Of a DNA stretch of 64,000 bases, positions 52,342-63,999 are shown piece by piece. The stretch is from Planctomycetota bacterium (GTDB lineage Bacteria > Planctomycetota > B15-G4). The first letter of the stretch is position 1, and the number at the start of each line of letters is the position of its first letter. The position numbers and the translations under genes were made by a program. Location of the stretch: positions 960,001 through 1,024,000 of the forward strand of contig CBDFJQ010000002.1 in NCBI GenBank assembly GCA_965248575.1, given 5' to 3'. The notes under the pieces were generated by a model. It saw only the letters and a program-made list of their open reading frames with translations. It did no database searches and was not told where the DNA came from.

Positions 52342-53495
52342 GTCGGTGTTCCGGCTGGGGATGGGCAGAGCATCTCGGCGCGGCGCTGCGCCATGGACTC
52401 AAGTTGCTGGGCGCACTGAGCGTACACCTCACGCGAGCCCCCGTAAGGGTCTAGAACCTCTTCGCCGTCCGGGTCGAAGAGCTCCACCGCAGGGCCACCC
52501 AGGGCCGACGACGCCTCAAGCACTGCGGCGAGATGGGATTCCGTCATGCACAGCACCAAGTCGCAGGTCTCAAGCAGCTCATGGGCCAGCGGTTGACTCC
52601 GGTGGCTGCCGAGCTCCAGATTGCGCCGAGCCATGGCCTCCAGGGCCCCCGAACTGGCGGGAGCGCCGTGACCGGCCCAGGTGCCCGCGGAGTGAACTTC
52701 GGGCGGGAGGAAGGCCGGGACGCCCTCGACCTGGCGTGCCAGGGCGCGCCCGAGCAGGAGGCTCGCCATGGGGCTGCGGCACGTGTTGCCGCTGCAGACG
52801 ACGAGCACGTTTCCGAGCGCGTGCCGCCGCAGGTCCTCCCGGTTCACCACACCCTCGCGCAGGATCTCCATGCCCGCCGCGCTAGGCCGCAAGACGGTGG
52901 AACTCTCGCCCAGTGCACAGCGCCCGCCATCGATGACCAGCGCCACCTGCTCCAACAAGCCGGGCTCGAGTTCGTCCACCGACAGGGGAGCCGGGCGGCC
53001 GGAAAGATTGGCCGACGGAAGCACCAGGGGCGAAGCGCACTCGGCCAGCAGGCTCCTCGTCCAGCGATGACCCACCACGCGCACACCCAGGGCCGGGCCG
53101 TGCGCCGTGCCCTCCAAAGCCGAGACCGTGGGCAAGACCTGGGTGATGGGCCCGGGCCACCAGCGCTCGGCCACGCGCAGCGCGGGGCCACGCAGGGGCT
53201 GGAGGCGCTCGGCGATGCGATCCACTCCGGAGACGGCCAGGCTGTAGGGGGCTTGGCGCTGCCCCTTGAGAGCGGACAGCTTCTCCAGAGCGGCGGGTCG
53301 ATCCTCGCGCGCGGCGACCCCGTAGACGGTCTCGGTCGGGATCACCACCAGCTCCCCGGCATCGAGGGCTGCAAGGGCTGCCGTCCTGGCCGTCTGTGCG
53401 GCGGGCTCAGGGCCCGGGGCCGACTCCCTCCCAACCTCCCCGGGCGGAAGTTCCGGAGAGGAGATCTGGAGCCGTGGGGGGGGATGGCTGGTCAT
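52338..53495 (-). CDS. Sua5/TsaC (threonylcarbamoyl-AMP synthase) domain fused to an LMW phosphatase (YwlE-like)
   Basis: IPTETVYG, WPGPIT, PSANLSG, SSTV, ILREG, then VVCSGNTCRSPMA, SAG, DPYGG. ATG 53495. Confidence 0.9.
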   Translation of the reverse strand: MTSHPPPRLQISSPELPPGEVGRESAPGPEPAAQTARTAALAALDAGELVVIPTETVYGVAAREDRPAALEKLSALKGQRQAPYSLAVSGVDRIAERLQPLRGPALRVAERWWPGPITQVLPTVSALEGTAHGPALGVRVVGHRWTRSLLAECASPLVLPSANLSGRPAPLSVDELEPGLLEQVALVIDGGRCALGESSTVLRPSAAGMEILREGVVNREDLRRHALGNVLVVCSGNTCRSPMASLLLGRALARQVEGVPAFLPPEVHSAGTWAGHGAPASSGALEAMARRNLELGSHRSQPLAHELLETCDLVLCMTESHLAAVLEASSALGGPAVELFDPDGEEVLDPYGGSREVYAQCAQQLESMAQRRAEMLCPSPAGTPT

Positions 53496-53609
53496 GGGAC
53501 GAGATTCTAGCCCGGACAGGCCGCTCGGATCTGCTCCCGCCATTCTCAGGGCGCTGGTCGACAGGCATACTGCCGGGCTGGCAGTCCCCCCTGACGAGGA
53601 TCCCCTTCC

Positions 53610-54389
53610 GTGCCCGGCCTTTCTGCTCGACGCAGCCGTCTGCAGTCCATGGGTGTGCTCGCCGCGGGGTTGGCGCATGAGGTGAAGAACCCCCTCAGCA
53701 CCATGTCCGTGAACCTGCAGCTGATGGAGGAGGAGTTCTCCAAGCCCAAGACGCCCACGGAAGAGCGCACCCTGCGCCGGGCCCGCTTGCTGCTGCGGGA
53801 GGTCCAGCGCCTGGACAGCATCGTGAACGACTTCCTGGACCTTGCCCGGGGCTATGAGATCACGCCGGCAACCCTGGACCTGGAGCTGTTGATCACGGAG
53901 TTGTTGGCGCTGGTTCGAGCCCAGAACGAGCAGCTGAACATCCAGACCCGCTCCAGCCTGGCCACCGACGCCCGCAGCGTGGTCGCCGATCCCAAGTTCT
54001 TGCGGGTCGCCCTCATGAACCTCGTCGTCAACGCCCAGCAAGCCATGGCAGATGGGGGCGGGGAGCTTCTGGTGGAAAGCCGGCGCAAGGGGAACATCGT
54101 CGAGCTGCGCATCACAGATACGGGGCCCGGAATCGAACGCGATCGTCTCGAGAAGATCTGGCAGCCCTTCTTCTCCACGAAGGACGGCGGCACCGGGCTG
54201 GGCTTGCCCACCACGCGGCGCATCCTTGAAGAGATGGGTGGGGACATCCAGGTCTTCTCGGAACAGGGCCGCGGGACACGCTTCACCGTGCAACTGCTGG
54301 CGGTGCCCAAGCAACTTCCACAGGACGTCCCGGCTACCTCGGACGCCCCTCAGAATGACCCCAAAGACGGAGATGGACGCGACTCATGA
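53610..54389 (+). CDS. Histidine kinase without a sensor domain (HisKA + HATPase only)
   Basis: AHEVKNPL, NLVVNAQQAM, DTGPGI, PFFSTK..GTGLGL. An in-frame TGA at 53592 precludes a longer N-terminus. Confidence 0.9.
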   Translation: MPGLSARRSRLQSMGVLAAGLAHEVKNPLSTMSVNLQLMEEEFSKPKTPTEERTLRRARLLLREVQRLDSIVNDFLDLARGYEITPATLDLELLITELLALVRAQNEQLNIQTRSSLATDARSVVADPKFLRVALMNLVVNAQQAMADGGGELLVESRRKGNIVELRITDTGPGIERDRLEKIWQPFFSTKDGGTGLGLPTTRRILEEMGGDIQVFSEQGRGTRFTVQLLAVPKQLPQDVPATSDAPQNDPKDGDGRDS

Positions 54390-55756
54390 GTGCCCCGGTC
54401 AGTGTGCTTGTGGTGGACGACGATGCGGCTCACGCCCAAACCCTCGCCGACGCCCTGGAGTCCTCAGGATATGAGCCGCGCGTCGTGTTGTCCGGCGAAG
54501 CAGCGCTGCTCAGCCTCAGCGACACCCAGCCCGACATCGTCCTGACCGATCTGCGCATGGCCGATGTGGACGGCATGCAGATCCTCGAGGCGGCGCGCGA
54601 CGCAGGCGACACGGAGGTGGTCATGATCACCGGCCACGCCTCAGTCGAGAGCGCCGTGGAGGCGATGTCCCGCGGCGCAGCGCACTACATAACCAAGCCC
54701 GTCAACCTCGCGGAGCTGCGCGCCGTGCTGGAGCGGCTCGTGGACGAGCAGCGCCTGCGCCGTCGCAACGCCCACCTCGAAGCGCAGCTCGACGACCGCT
54801 ACGGCTTCGACAAGATCATCGGCAGCAGCCCGCCCATGCAGGCCCTGTTCCGCACCATGCGGCAGGTAGCGGCCACCGATGTGACCGTGCTGATCATGGG
54901 TGAGAGCGGCACCGGCAAGGAACTCGTCGCGCGCGCACTGCACCAGAACAGTCGACGCAGCAAGGCTCCCTTGGTGACCCTCAACTGCGCGGCCCTGCCC
55001 GAGAGCCTGCTCGAAAGCGAACTCTTCGGCCACGAACGCGGCGCCTTCACGGGGGCCAACGCCCGCAAGGTCGGCTATATCGAGTACGCCCACGGCGGCA
55101 CGTTGTTCTTGGACGAGGTGGGGGACATGCCGCTCACGACCCAGGTCAAGATGCTGCGCGTGCTCGAATCCCGGGAGATCAACCGCCTCGGCTCGAACGT
55201 CACCATTCCAGTCGACATCAGGGTGGTGACCGCCACCAACAAGAAGCTGCTCGAAGAGGTCTCCACAGGGCGCTTCCGAGAGGACCTCTATTTCCGGCTG
55301 AAGGTGGTCTCACTCGACCTGCCTCCCCTGCGTGACCGGAGCATCGACATCCCGCCGCTTGCCGAGACCTTCCTCGCGGAACTCAGCGAACAACACCAAA
55401 CCCGGGTCAAAGGCATCTCTCCGGAGGTGATGCGTGTGCTACAGGCCCAACCCTGGCCGGGCAACGTGCGAGAGCTGCGCAACATCATCGAAAACATGGT
55501 GGTCACCGGAATGCACGAGGTCCTCCAGCTCTCGGACCTGCCAGCAGGGCTGGTCAACCCCGAACCGGCCGAGGCAGCCGTGGGCTCACCGGCCTTCGAC
55601 ACCTGGCTCGCGGGCCGCACCGCCCAAGAGGTCGAGAAAGAGCACATCCGCGCCACCCTCGCGATGGTGGGCGGCCACCGTCGCCAGGCGGCGCAGCTGA
55701 TGGAGATTGGCGAGCGCACCCTGTTCCGCAAGATCAAGGAATACGACCTCAGCTGA
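54386..55756 (+). CDS. Sigma-54-dependent (NtrC/AtoC-family) response regulator
   Basis: Receiver (VVDDD, LTDLRM), GESGTGKE, ESELFGHERGAFTGA, LFLDEVG, WPGNVREL, Fis-type HTH. Confidence 0.96.
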   Translation: MSAPVSVLVVDDDAAHAQTLADALESSGYEPRVVLSGEAALLSLSDTQPDIVLTDLRMADVDGMQILEAARDAGDTEVVMITGHASVESAVEAMSRGAAHYITKPVNLAELRAVLERLVDEQRLRRRNAHLEAQLDDRYGFDKIIGSSPPMQALFRTMRQVAATDVTVLIMGESGTGKELVARALHQNSRRSKAPLVTLNCAALPESLLESELFGHERGAFTGANARKVGYIEYAHGGTLFLDEVGDMPLTTQVKMLRVLESREINRLGSNVTIPVDIRVVTATNKKLLEEVSTGRFREDLYFRLKVVSLDLPPLRDRSIDIPPLAETFLAELSEQHQTRVKGISPEVMRVLQAQPWPGNVRELRNIIENMVVTGMHEVLQLSDLPAGLVNPEPAEAAVGSPAFDTWLAGRTAQEVEKEHIRATLAMVGGHRRQAAQLMEIGERTLFRKIKEYDLS

Positions 55757-56022
55757 GCGACCCCCAGGCGAGCGCGCTGCCTGGCTACACACTCCTGGCT
55801 GCGCTTCTGTGGATGCGCCATTTCGGCAGATGGCCGCTGCCCTGGTGTTCGGGACCCGCCGGATCGGCTGATATCCCCGCAGGGGTCGTGCGCTCTCCGT
55901 GGCCCACAGACCCACGGAAGGCACCTTTTCTCCCCCTCAGGCCCCTCGAAGCCTGCGGCCTGTGCCCTAGATCTTCGTCGTTCGCGAGCGGATCGGCCGA
56001 GTCCACGGAGACTCAGGCCTTT

Positions 56023-56037
56023 TGGCACGCCGTTTGA
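56023..56037 (+). promoter_or_regulatory. Sigma-54 (-24/-12)-like promoter upstream of dnaK
   Basis: TGGCACG-CCGT-TTGA versus consensus TGGCACG-N4-TTGC (one mismatch), 82 nt before the dnaK ATG. Confidence 0.6.
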
Positions 56038-56119
56038 TTGTCTGTTGCCAGCCATCACCCGGCTGCGCCCCTCCTGAAGCGGGGCACAATTCCAAGGACA
56101 AGGACCCGGAGCCTCTCCC

Positions 56120-58066
<1,947 letters not shown>

Positions 58067-58112
58067 GCCCGATGGGTCTGAGCGGCGTTCCATGGCGAGC
58101 GCCGCAGCCTAG

Positions 58113-59066
58113 ATGATCCGCATTGAGCAGCTGACACGCCGCTTCCACGACCTGGTCGCCGTCGACGACATCTCCCTCCATATCCAGGAGGGGGAGGTCT
58201 ACGGCTTCCTGGGTCCCAATGGTGCGGGCAAGAGCACCACCATCAAGATCCTCACCGGCTTCCTGCCTGCCACCTCCGGCAAGGCCGTGGTCGCCGGTCT
58301 CGATGTGGCCCGGGACAGTCTCGAAGTTCGACGACGGATCGGCTATCTGCCCGAGAACGTCAGCCTGCCCGTGGACGCCCGGGTGGATGAGTACCTGGAA
58401 TATCGGGGGCGCCTCAAGGGGGTGCCCGCCAAGCAGAGAACTGCCGCCAAGGGTCGCGTCCTGGAGCAGTGTGGCCTCGTTCCCATGCGGCGGCGCATCC
58501 TGTCCCAGCTGTCGCGCGGCTACCGGCAACGGGTGGGGCTGGCCGATGCGCTGCTCTCCGACCCTCCGCTGCTCATCCTGGACGAACCCACGGGAGGCCT
58601 CGACCCGGCCCAGCGCCAGGAGGTGCTCGACCTCATCGGCAGCTTCGCTGGCAAGCGCACGGTGCTGCTCTCCAGCCACGTGCTCAACGAGGTGGAGAAC
58701 GTGTGCACCCGCGTGGCCATCATCAAGACAGGTCGCATCGTGGCGGAGGGCACCCGGGACGAGCTGGAGCGCGACTCAGAACGCCGAGGGCAGATCCTGG
58801 TGGCGACCAGGGGTGCGGGCAAGCAACTCGCCGCATGGCTCACCCAGGAGCAGATCCCCTTCGTGCCCCAGGGCCCCGACACCTGTCTCGTACACCTCGA
58901 CCAGTCGCTGTCGAGTGAGGCACCGGGCAGCGGCGTGGACGACCTCTACGCCACCGCCATGGTGGAGCTGCTGGCCAAGATGGTGAGCGCCGGCCTGCCT
59001 GTCCAACGCTACGAGCCACGTGTGCGTTCCCTGCAGCAGATCTTCCTGGACCTCACCCGATCGTGA
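58113..59066 (+). CDS. ABC transporter ATP-binding protein (GldA-like)
   Basis: GPNGAGKSTT, LSRGYRQRVGLA, LILDEPT.GLDP, SSH. Confidence 0.93.
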   Translation: MIRIEQLTRRFHDLVAVDDISLHIQEGEVYGFLGPNGAGKSTTIKILTGFLPATSGKAVVAGLDVARDSLEVRRRIGYLPENVSLPVDARVDEYLEYRGRLKGVPAKQRTAAKGRVLEQCGLVPMRRRILSQLSRGYRQRVGLADALLSDPPLLILDEPTGGLDPAQRQEVLDLIGSFAGKRTVLLSSHVLNEVENVCTRVAIIKTGRIVAEGTRDELERDSERRGQILVATRGAGKQLAAWLTQEQIPFVPQGPDTCLVHLDQSLSSEAPGSGVDDLYATAMVELLAKMVSAGLPVQRYEPRVRSLQQIFLDLTRS

Positions 59067-59806
59067 AGAACCGCCCCCTGCTGCCGCTTTTCTGGCGCGA
59101 GATCGAGAGCCTCTTCTTCTCGCCGCTGGCCTACATCGTGCTCACCATCTTCCTGGTGTTGAACGGCTTCTCCTTCTTCTTCGCGTTGGAGCAATCGGGC
59201 GGTGTCGTGGATGACACCATCTCGCTGTTCTTCGGGGACGGCCCGTTGTTCTGGCTGTGCCTGCTCGTGGTGCCGCCCCTGGTGACCATGCGGCTGGTGG
59301 CCGAGGAGCGCCGCTCGGGCTTGCTGGAGGTGCTGCTCACCGCGCCCGTGCGCGACGGTGAGGTGATCCTCGCCAAGTTCCTCGGCGCGCTTGTGTTCCA
59401 ACTCTTCCTGTGGGCACCCACGCTGCTCTACGTCGCCATCATCCGGAACTATGGCGCACTCCCTGACGGGGGGCAGATCTTCACCAGCTATCTGGGCATC
59501 GCCAGTGTCACGTCCCTGCTCACTGCCGCTGGCCTTCTGCTCTCCACCTTGACCAACAACCAGATCGTGGCGGCCGTGGGATCCCTCACGGTCAACCTGC
59601 TCTTCGTGGTCATCCCCGCCATGGGCCCCAGCACATCGCTCGTCGCCCTGGAACCTCTGTTCAAACACGTCTCTGTTACTGAGCACTTCAGCAGCTCGTT
59701 CAGCCGGGGCATTCTCGACTCGTCCGTCATGGTGTTCTACGCGGCATCCACCATCGGCTTGCTCGTGATCGCCACCCGCTCCCTCGAAGCGAGGCGCTGG
59801 CGATGA
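59063..59806 (+). CDS. ABC-2 type permease (GldF-like)
   Basis: RE..S.F.SPLAY, PLVTMRL.AEERRSG.LEVLLTAP, AKF, TNNQIVA, HF.SF.RG.LD. Confidence 0.9.
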   Translation: MKNRPLLPLFWREIESLFFSPLAYIVLTIFLVLNGFSFFFALEQSGGVVDDTISLFFGDGPLFWLCLLVVPPLVTMRLVAEERRSGLLEVLLTAPVRDGEVILAKFLGALVFQLFLWAPTLLYVAIIRNYGALPDGGQIFTSYLGIASVTSLLTAAGLLLSTLTNNQIVAAVGSLTVNLLFVVIPAMGPSTSLVALEPLFKHVSVTEHFSSSFSRGILDSSVMVFYAASTIGLLVIATRSLEARRWR

Positions 59807-61308
59807 GCACACCCAGCGGAGGCTTCGGGCGCTGGCGCCGGCTCTTCGGCGCCGCCGAGGGCCTGGGCACCTCGCTCATCGTGCTGCTCTTGGTAGCTGC
59901 GATCGTGTATGCCTCGAGCCGGCCGAGTGTTCGGGCACGTCATGACCTCACCCAAGGGGCTCACTACACCCTGACCGAGCAATCCGAGAAGATCCTCGCG
60001 GGGCTGGAGCGGCCCGTGAGCATCACCACGGTCATGCGCCCTGAGGGACAATCGGTGGCCAATGGGCTCGCCGCCGAGCAGGCCAAGGGCATCGCGTATG
60101 TCCACAACCTGCTTGAGGAGTATGTGGTCGCAGCAGGCGGCCAGCTGAGCGTCACCCAGATCGACCCGTGGCGCGACCGCGAGGAGGTGGAACTGCTCAA
60201 GCGCAGCGACCATCTCACGCGCAAGAACGTCGTGATCCTGCGGGTCGGAGAGCGCACCGAACAGGTCTTCCTCGAAGAGCTCGTCACCATCTCCCCCGGC
60301 CGCGTCTCACCGGGCAACATCGAGATGGCCGAGCTGCTCGCCTTTCATGGCGAGGGCCCTTTGACGTCGGCTCTGCTGGCCGTCATCAGCGAAGAGTTGC
60401 CCAGCGTCCTGTTCGTCTCCGGCCACGGCGAGCCGGACATCCGTGACTTCCAGGATCGCGGCCAGGGTCTCCTGGCCGAGTCCCTGCGCGGACAGGGCTT
60501 CGAGGTGGGCGCCCTGGACCTCGTCGCCGGGGCGAGCATCCCCGAAGGCACCGACGTCGTGGCCGTCGTGAACCCAGAACAGGCCCTGGGCAGTGCGGCC
60601 GTGGATGCCCTGGCAAACTTCCACGCAGCTGGGGGCTCCTTGTTCCTCGCCCTTGCACCGTGGGTGGGGGACCCGCGCTTCGACACCTTGCTGGAAGAGC
60701 TGGGCGCGATCCGTGAGCGGGGCATCCTCACCGACGACGAGAACCCCTACGAGGGCGCGGCACGCAGCATCATCCCGGTCCGCCGCTACGACGCCTCCCA
60801 TCCCATCACCAAGCCCATGCACGAGCAGGGAGTCGTGGCGCTGTTCCCCACGGTGGCGGGCCTGAACCGGGCACCCACCACGGCGGCGCACATCCAGACC
60901 TCGTTCTTGGCCAAGACCGAAGACCATGTGTTCGGGGACACCTTGGGCGCAGATGACCGCCCCGGAAACTTCCTCTACGACGGACCGCCCGAGTTGCGCA
61001 ACAGCCGCTTCGTCGGCATGGCCATCCAAGGGGGGCTGGGGCGCGTGACGCTCTTCAGCAGCGGCGCCTTCGTCTACAACTCCTCCCTCAGCGATGGGGG
61101 CCGGGGCAACATGGACCTCAGCCTGAACTCGTTCAACTGGTTGGTGGAACGGGAAGACGCCATCGCGGCGCGACCGCGGGAAGTCTACGAATCCCGAGTC
61201 GAGTTGTACGGCGACGAGAAATCAGACGTCTTCCTATATGTTGTGGTGCTCATGCCCCTCGGCGGTGCCCTGCTGGGCCTGCTGGGGTGGTTCGTCCGAC
61301 GCCGCTGA
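59803..61308 (+). CDS. GldG-like ABC auxiliary component
   Basis: N-terminal TM, DLT....YTLT.QS..IL..L, GHGE, N.DL.LN.FNWL, C-terminal TM followed by RRR. Confidence 0.85.
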   Translation: MSTPSGGFGRWRRLFGAAEGLGTSLIVLLLVAAIVYASSRPSVRARHDLTQGAHYTLTEQSEKILAGLERPVSITTVMRPEGQSVANGLAAEQAKGIAYVHNLLEEYVVAAGGQLSVTQIDPWRDREEVELLKRSDHLTRKNVVILRVGERTEQVFLEELVTISPGRVSPGNIEMAELLAFHGEGPLTSALLAVISEELPSVLFVSGHGEPDIRDFQDRGQGLLAESLRGQGFEVGALDLVAGASIPEGTDVVAVVNPEQALGSAAVDALANFHAAGGSLFLALAPWVGDPRFDTLLEELGAIRERGILTDDENPYEGAARSIIPVRRYDASHPITKPMHEQGVVALFPTVAGLNRAPTTAAHIQTSFLAKTEDHVFGDTLGADDRPGNFLYDGPPELRNSRFVGMAIQGGLGRVTLFSSGAFVYNSSLSDGGRGNMDLSLNSFNWLVEREDAIAARPREVYESRVELYGDEKSDVFLYVVVLMPLGGALLGLLGWFVRRR

Positions 61309-61330
61309 AGGCGTCGAGGAGGAGGTCTCC

Positions 61331-63187
61331 GTGCGTTCTCGTCTGCTCACCCTTGTCGCCCTCGGGCTGCTGGCCTACTTCCTCTTCCGCTTCGCCGAGG
61401 AACAGGACCGCGCCTCCCAGCCGCTGCCGTCGGGCGGGGCACTCTTCCCGGGCTTGGAAATCCAGGACGTCGGCTTCCTCAGCCTGAAGTTCAGGACAGG
61501 GCACATCCTCGACCTGGAGCGGGATTCCCAGGGCCCCTGGATGATCACGGCACCTACGGATGAGCTGGCCCAGAAGGAATACGCGGAGGTGGTGGTGCGC
61601 AACCTCGCCTCCGCCATGGTCCTGCCCATCGAGGAGCAGGGTGGCGCGATCAACCCGGAAGACGTGGGACTGGGGCGACACGCCAAGAGCATCACCTTCG
61701 GTCGCGGCGAGCACCGGCGCACCCTCTTTGTGGGTGATCGCAACCCCCTCGGACCAGGGGTCTTCGCACAGTTGGAGGGGAGCCCGCACGTGGTCATGGT
61801 CACCGAGAACCTGGACAACATGCTCGAGCAGTTCCGGGCCCAGGACTACGTGGACAAGCACTTGTTGCGGGGGCTCACGGGCAACATCCGTCGCGTGCGC
61901 GTCGAGTTCCCCGAGGGTGTGCTCATCGACGCACGCCTGGATGGTGATGCCTGGAACCTGACGGAACCCATCCCTGCCCAGGCGGACAACAGCCGCCTCT
62001 CCACCCTCGTGCGCAGCCTGCGCTTCGTGGAACAGATCTACCCCATCGAAACGACGGTGGTGGACAGCCAGCTGCGAGAGCTCGGCTTGCCCACGGCGGA
62101 CCAGATTCAAAAGGGCGACTGGGCGAACTCGACCATGATCCAGCTGACGGGCGCGGCACAGACGCCCGCGCGCGTGTTCCTTCAGGAGGGCTGGAACAAG
62201 ACCCCGGACGCAGAGATCCTTGCGGTCCGTGAAGACCTGCGGAAGATCCTGGTCATCGACCGGCGGGAGCTGAACCTGCTCCTGAACACCACGGACTTCT
62301 TCCGCGATCGGCGCGTGACGCCACCGATCCGCGATCGAGCGCGGCGGGTACGCATTGCGGAAGGCGACACCACGCTGCTCGACGTCCGCCAGAACGACCA
62401 AGGACTCTGGACGTACAGGGAGCCGAAGCGCCTCGAAGGCGTCGCCCTGGACTCCGAGCGGGTCGATGGCTTCTCGCTCGTCGCTGAGTTTCTCGGGAAA
62501 CTCGACCAACTCAGCGTCGAGGCCTTCACGGACCCGGCGGACGAAGAAACCCAGATCCAGGACCAGGAGCCGGCTGCCAGCGTCCGCATCGACTGGAGCT
62601 GGGCCAATCGGGAAAACCAGCTGGTGCTCTCCCTCTATGACCTGGAAGGCGAGAGCCTGCGGGCACGAGTCAGCGAGCGCCCCAAGGAGGGCCTGCTGCT
62701 CGGGCCTGACGTGCTGTCCCTGCTCGACCCCCAGCTGCCCGACCTGCTGCGTCATCTGCGGCCCCTTGAGCTGCCCGAATCCGCCTGGGGGGGGCTGGAG
62801 ATCCACATCCCCTCCCAGCTTCTGCCGCTCAGCGTGTCGCGCCCCGACACCGCCACTCCCTGGCAAGGGGATGACACATGGGGGCGGCGCTTCGGACTGG
62901 GGCACGATCTGCTGCGCGGCTTCCGAGGCCTAGCCTGGCAACCCCTCGAGGCAGGAGGCTTCCAGCCCGCGGACTATGACTGGCGTGTGGTCTTCCTCGG
63001 CTTTGACGGCGCTGCTCTCGGGACCCTGAGCTTCCGAGGACTGCGTCCTGGAGAACCGCAGGAGGTCCAGGGCCAGGCTGCAGCCGTCGCCCACTGGAGT
63101 GGCGTGCCGAACATGGAGCTGCTCGTTTCGGCATCCATCCTCGACCGCATGGCCGCTCTCGGCAGCCCTCAGCTACGAGGCGGCTAG
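61331..63187 (+). CDS. DUF4340-like repeat membrane-anchored protein
   Basis: N-terminal TM, repeated W.(I/L)T.P...A motifs (WMITAPTDELA, WNLTEPIPAQAD). Usual position after gldG-like genes. GGAGG lies 5 nt before GTG 61331. Confidence 0.7.
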   Translation: MRSRLLTLVALGLLAYFLFRFAEEQDRASQPLPSGGALFPGLEIQDVGFLSLKFRTGHILDLERDSQGPWMITAPTDELAQKEYAEVVVRNLASAMVLPIEEQGGAINPEDVGLGRHAKSITFGRGEHRRTLFVGDRNPLGPGVFAQLEGSPHVVMVTENLDNMLEQFRAQDYVDKHLLRGLTGNIRRVRVEFPEGVLIDARLDGDAWNLTEPIPAQADNSRLSTLVRSLRFVEQIYPIETTVVDSQLRELGLPTADQIQKGDWANSTMIQLTGAAQTPARVFLQEGWNKTPDAEILAVREDLRKILVIDRRELNLLLNTTDFFRDRRVTPPIRDRARRVRIAEGDTTLLDVRQNDQGLWTYREPKRLEGVALDSERVDGFSLVAEFLGKLDQLSVEAFTDPADEETQIQDQEPAASVRIDWSWANRENQLVLSLYDLEGESLRARVSERPKEGLLLGPDVLSLLDPQLPDLLRHLRPLELPESAWGGLEIHIPSQLLPLSVSRPDTATPWQGDDTWGRRFGLGHDLLRGFRGLAWQPLEAGGFQPADYDWRVVFLGFDGAALGTLSFRGLRPGEPQEVQGQAAAVAHWSGVPNMELLVSASILDRMAALGSPQLRGG

Positions 63188-63804
63188 ACGGGGTCGGCGT
63201 TCGGCTTGCCGGCATCCAGGCCGCACGAAGCCGCGTGACGCCGCAAGGCCTCCGGATAGGTCACACACTCCACCTCGAAGACACGCGTTGCGAGGGAGTC
63301 CACCGTGTCGTCAGGAAGCACGGGGACTTCCGCCTGCAGCAGCACGGGTCCGTTGTCGTAGAGGTCATCGACGACGTGCACCGTACAGCCGGAAACGCTC
63401 TCCCCTGCCTCCAGCACCGCTGCATGCACCCGGTCTCCATACATGCCCTTGCCGCCGTAGTTCGGTAGCAGCGAAGGGTGGATGTTCAACACGCGCCCCT
63501 CGAAACCCTGCGGAACGGGAAAGTGCAGCAGGTAGCCAGCCATCAGGATCAGGTCGGGTTCTGCACGCAGGATGCGCTCGGTCTGGGTCGCGACGAACTC
63601 TTCGCGTGAAGCGAAGTCACGCGGCCTGAGCACTTCCACCGTCAACCCCAGCTTGCGGGCCCGTTCGTTGCCGGCTGCCGTCGAGCGCGAGGAGATCACC
63701 AGCGGGAATTCGGCCTTGAGGCTCCCCTCGTCCACACACCGAGCCAGGTTGAGCAGGGTGCGCCCACCGCCGGACAGCAAGACCACGATCTTCGGCACCT
63801 TCAT
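63184..63804 (-). CDS. purN: Phosphoribosylglycinamide formyltransferase
   Basis: VVLLSGGG..L.NL, MAGYL, LNIHPSLLP.YGGKGMYG..VH, SGCTVH.V...YDNGP. ATG 63804. Confidence 0.95.
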   Translation of the reverse strand: MKVPKIVVLLSGGGRTLLNLARCVDEGSLKAEFPLVISSRSTAAGNERARKLGLTVEVLRPRDFASREEFVATQTERILRAEPDLILMAGYLLHFPVPQGFEGRVLNIHPSLLPNYGGKGMYGDRVHAAVLEAGESVSGCTVHVVDDLYDNGPVLLQAEVPVLPDDTVDSLATRVFEVECVTYPEALRRHAASCGLDAGKPNADPV

Positions 63805-63939
63805 CCACGCACCTCGGCGGAGCATCGCCCGACATCCCACCCAGAGCCGATCCAGGTCGCCAACGACGGAAGAGAATGGACAGCCTCGCCATCCCGGGAG
63901 CGCGACGCAAGATGCCCGCGGCCGCGCCCGGGTTTTCAG

Positions 63940-63999
63940 CTAGGGCTGGACGGTGAAGCTTTGGACGTTCGAGAGGATCGCGTGGCTGGGCGAGTAGAT
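63940..63999 (-). CDS. 3' end of a gene entering from outside the window
   Basis: Minus strand reads ...IYSPSHAILSNVQSFTVQP-TAG with GC-rich third positions. Only 19 codons are visible. Confidence 0.55.
   Translation of the reverse strand: MYSPSHAILSNVQSFTVQP

Noticed and set aside
58113..61308. Gliding motility inferred from Gld-like genes
   Set aside because: There are no gldK/L/M/N or sprA genes in the window, and GldAFG-like ABC modules are common in non-gliding bacteria.
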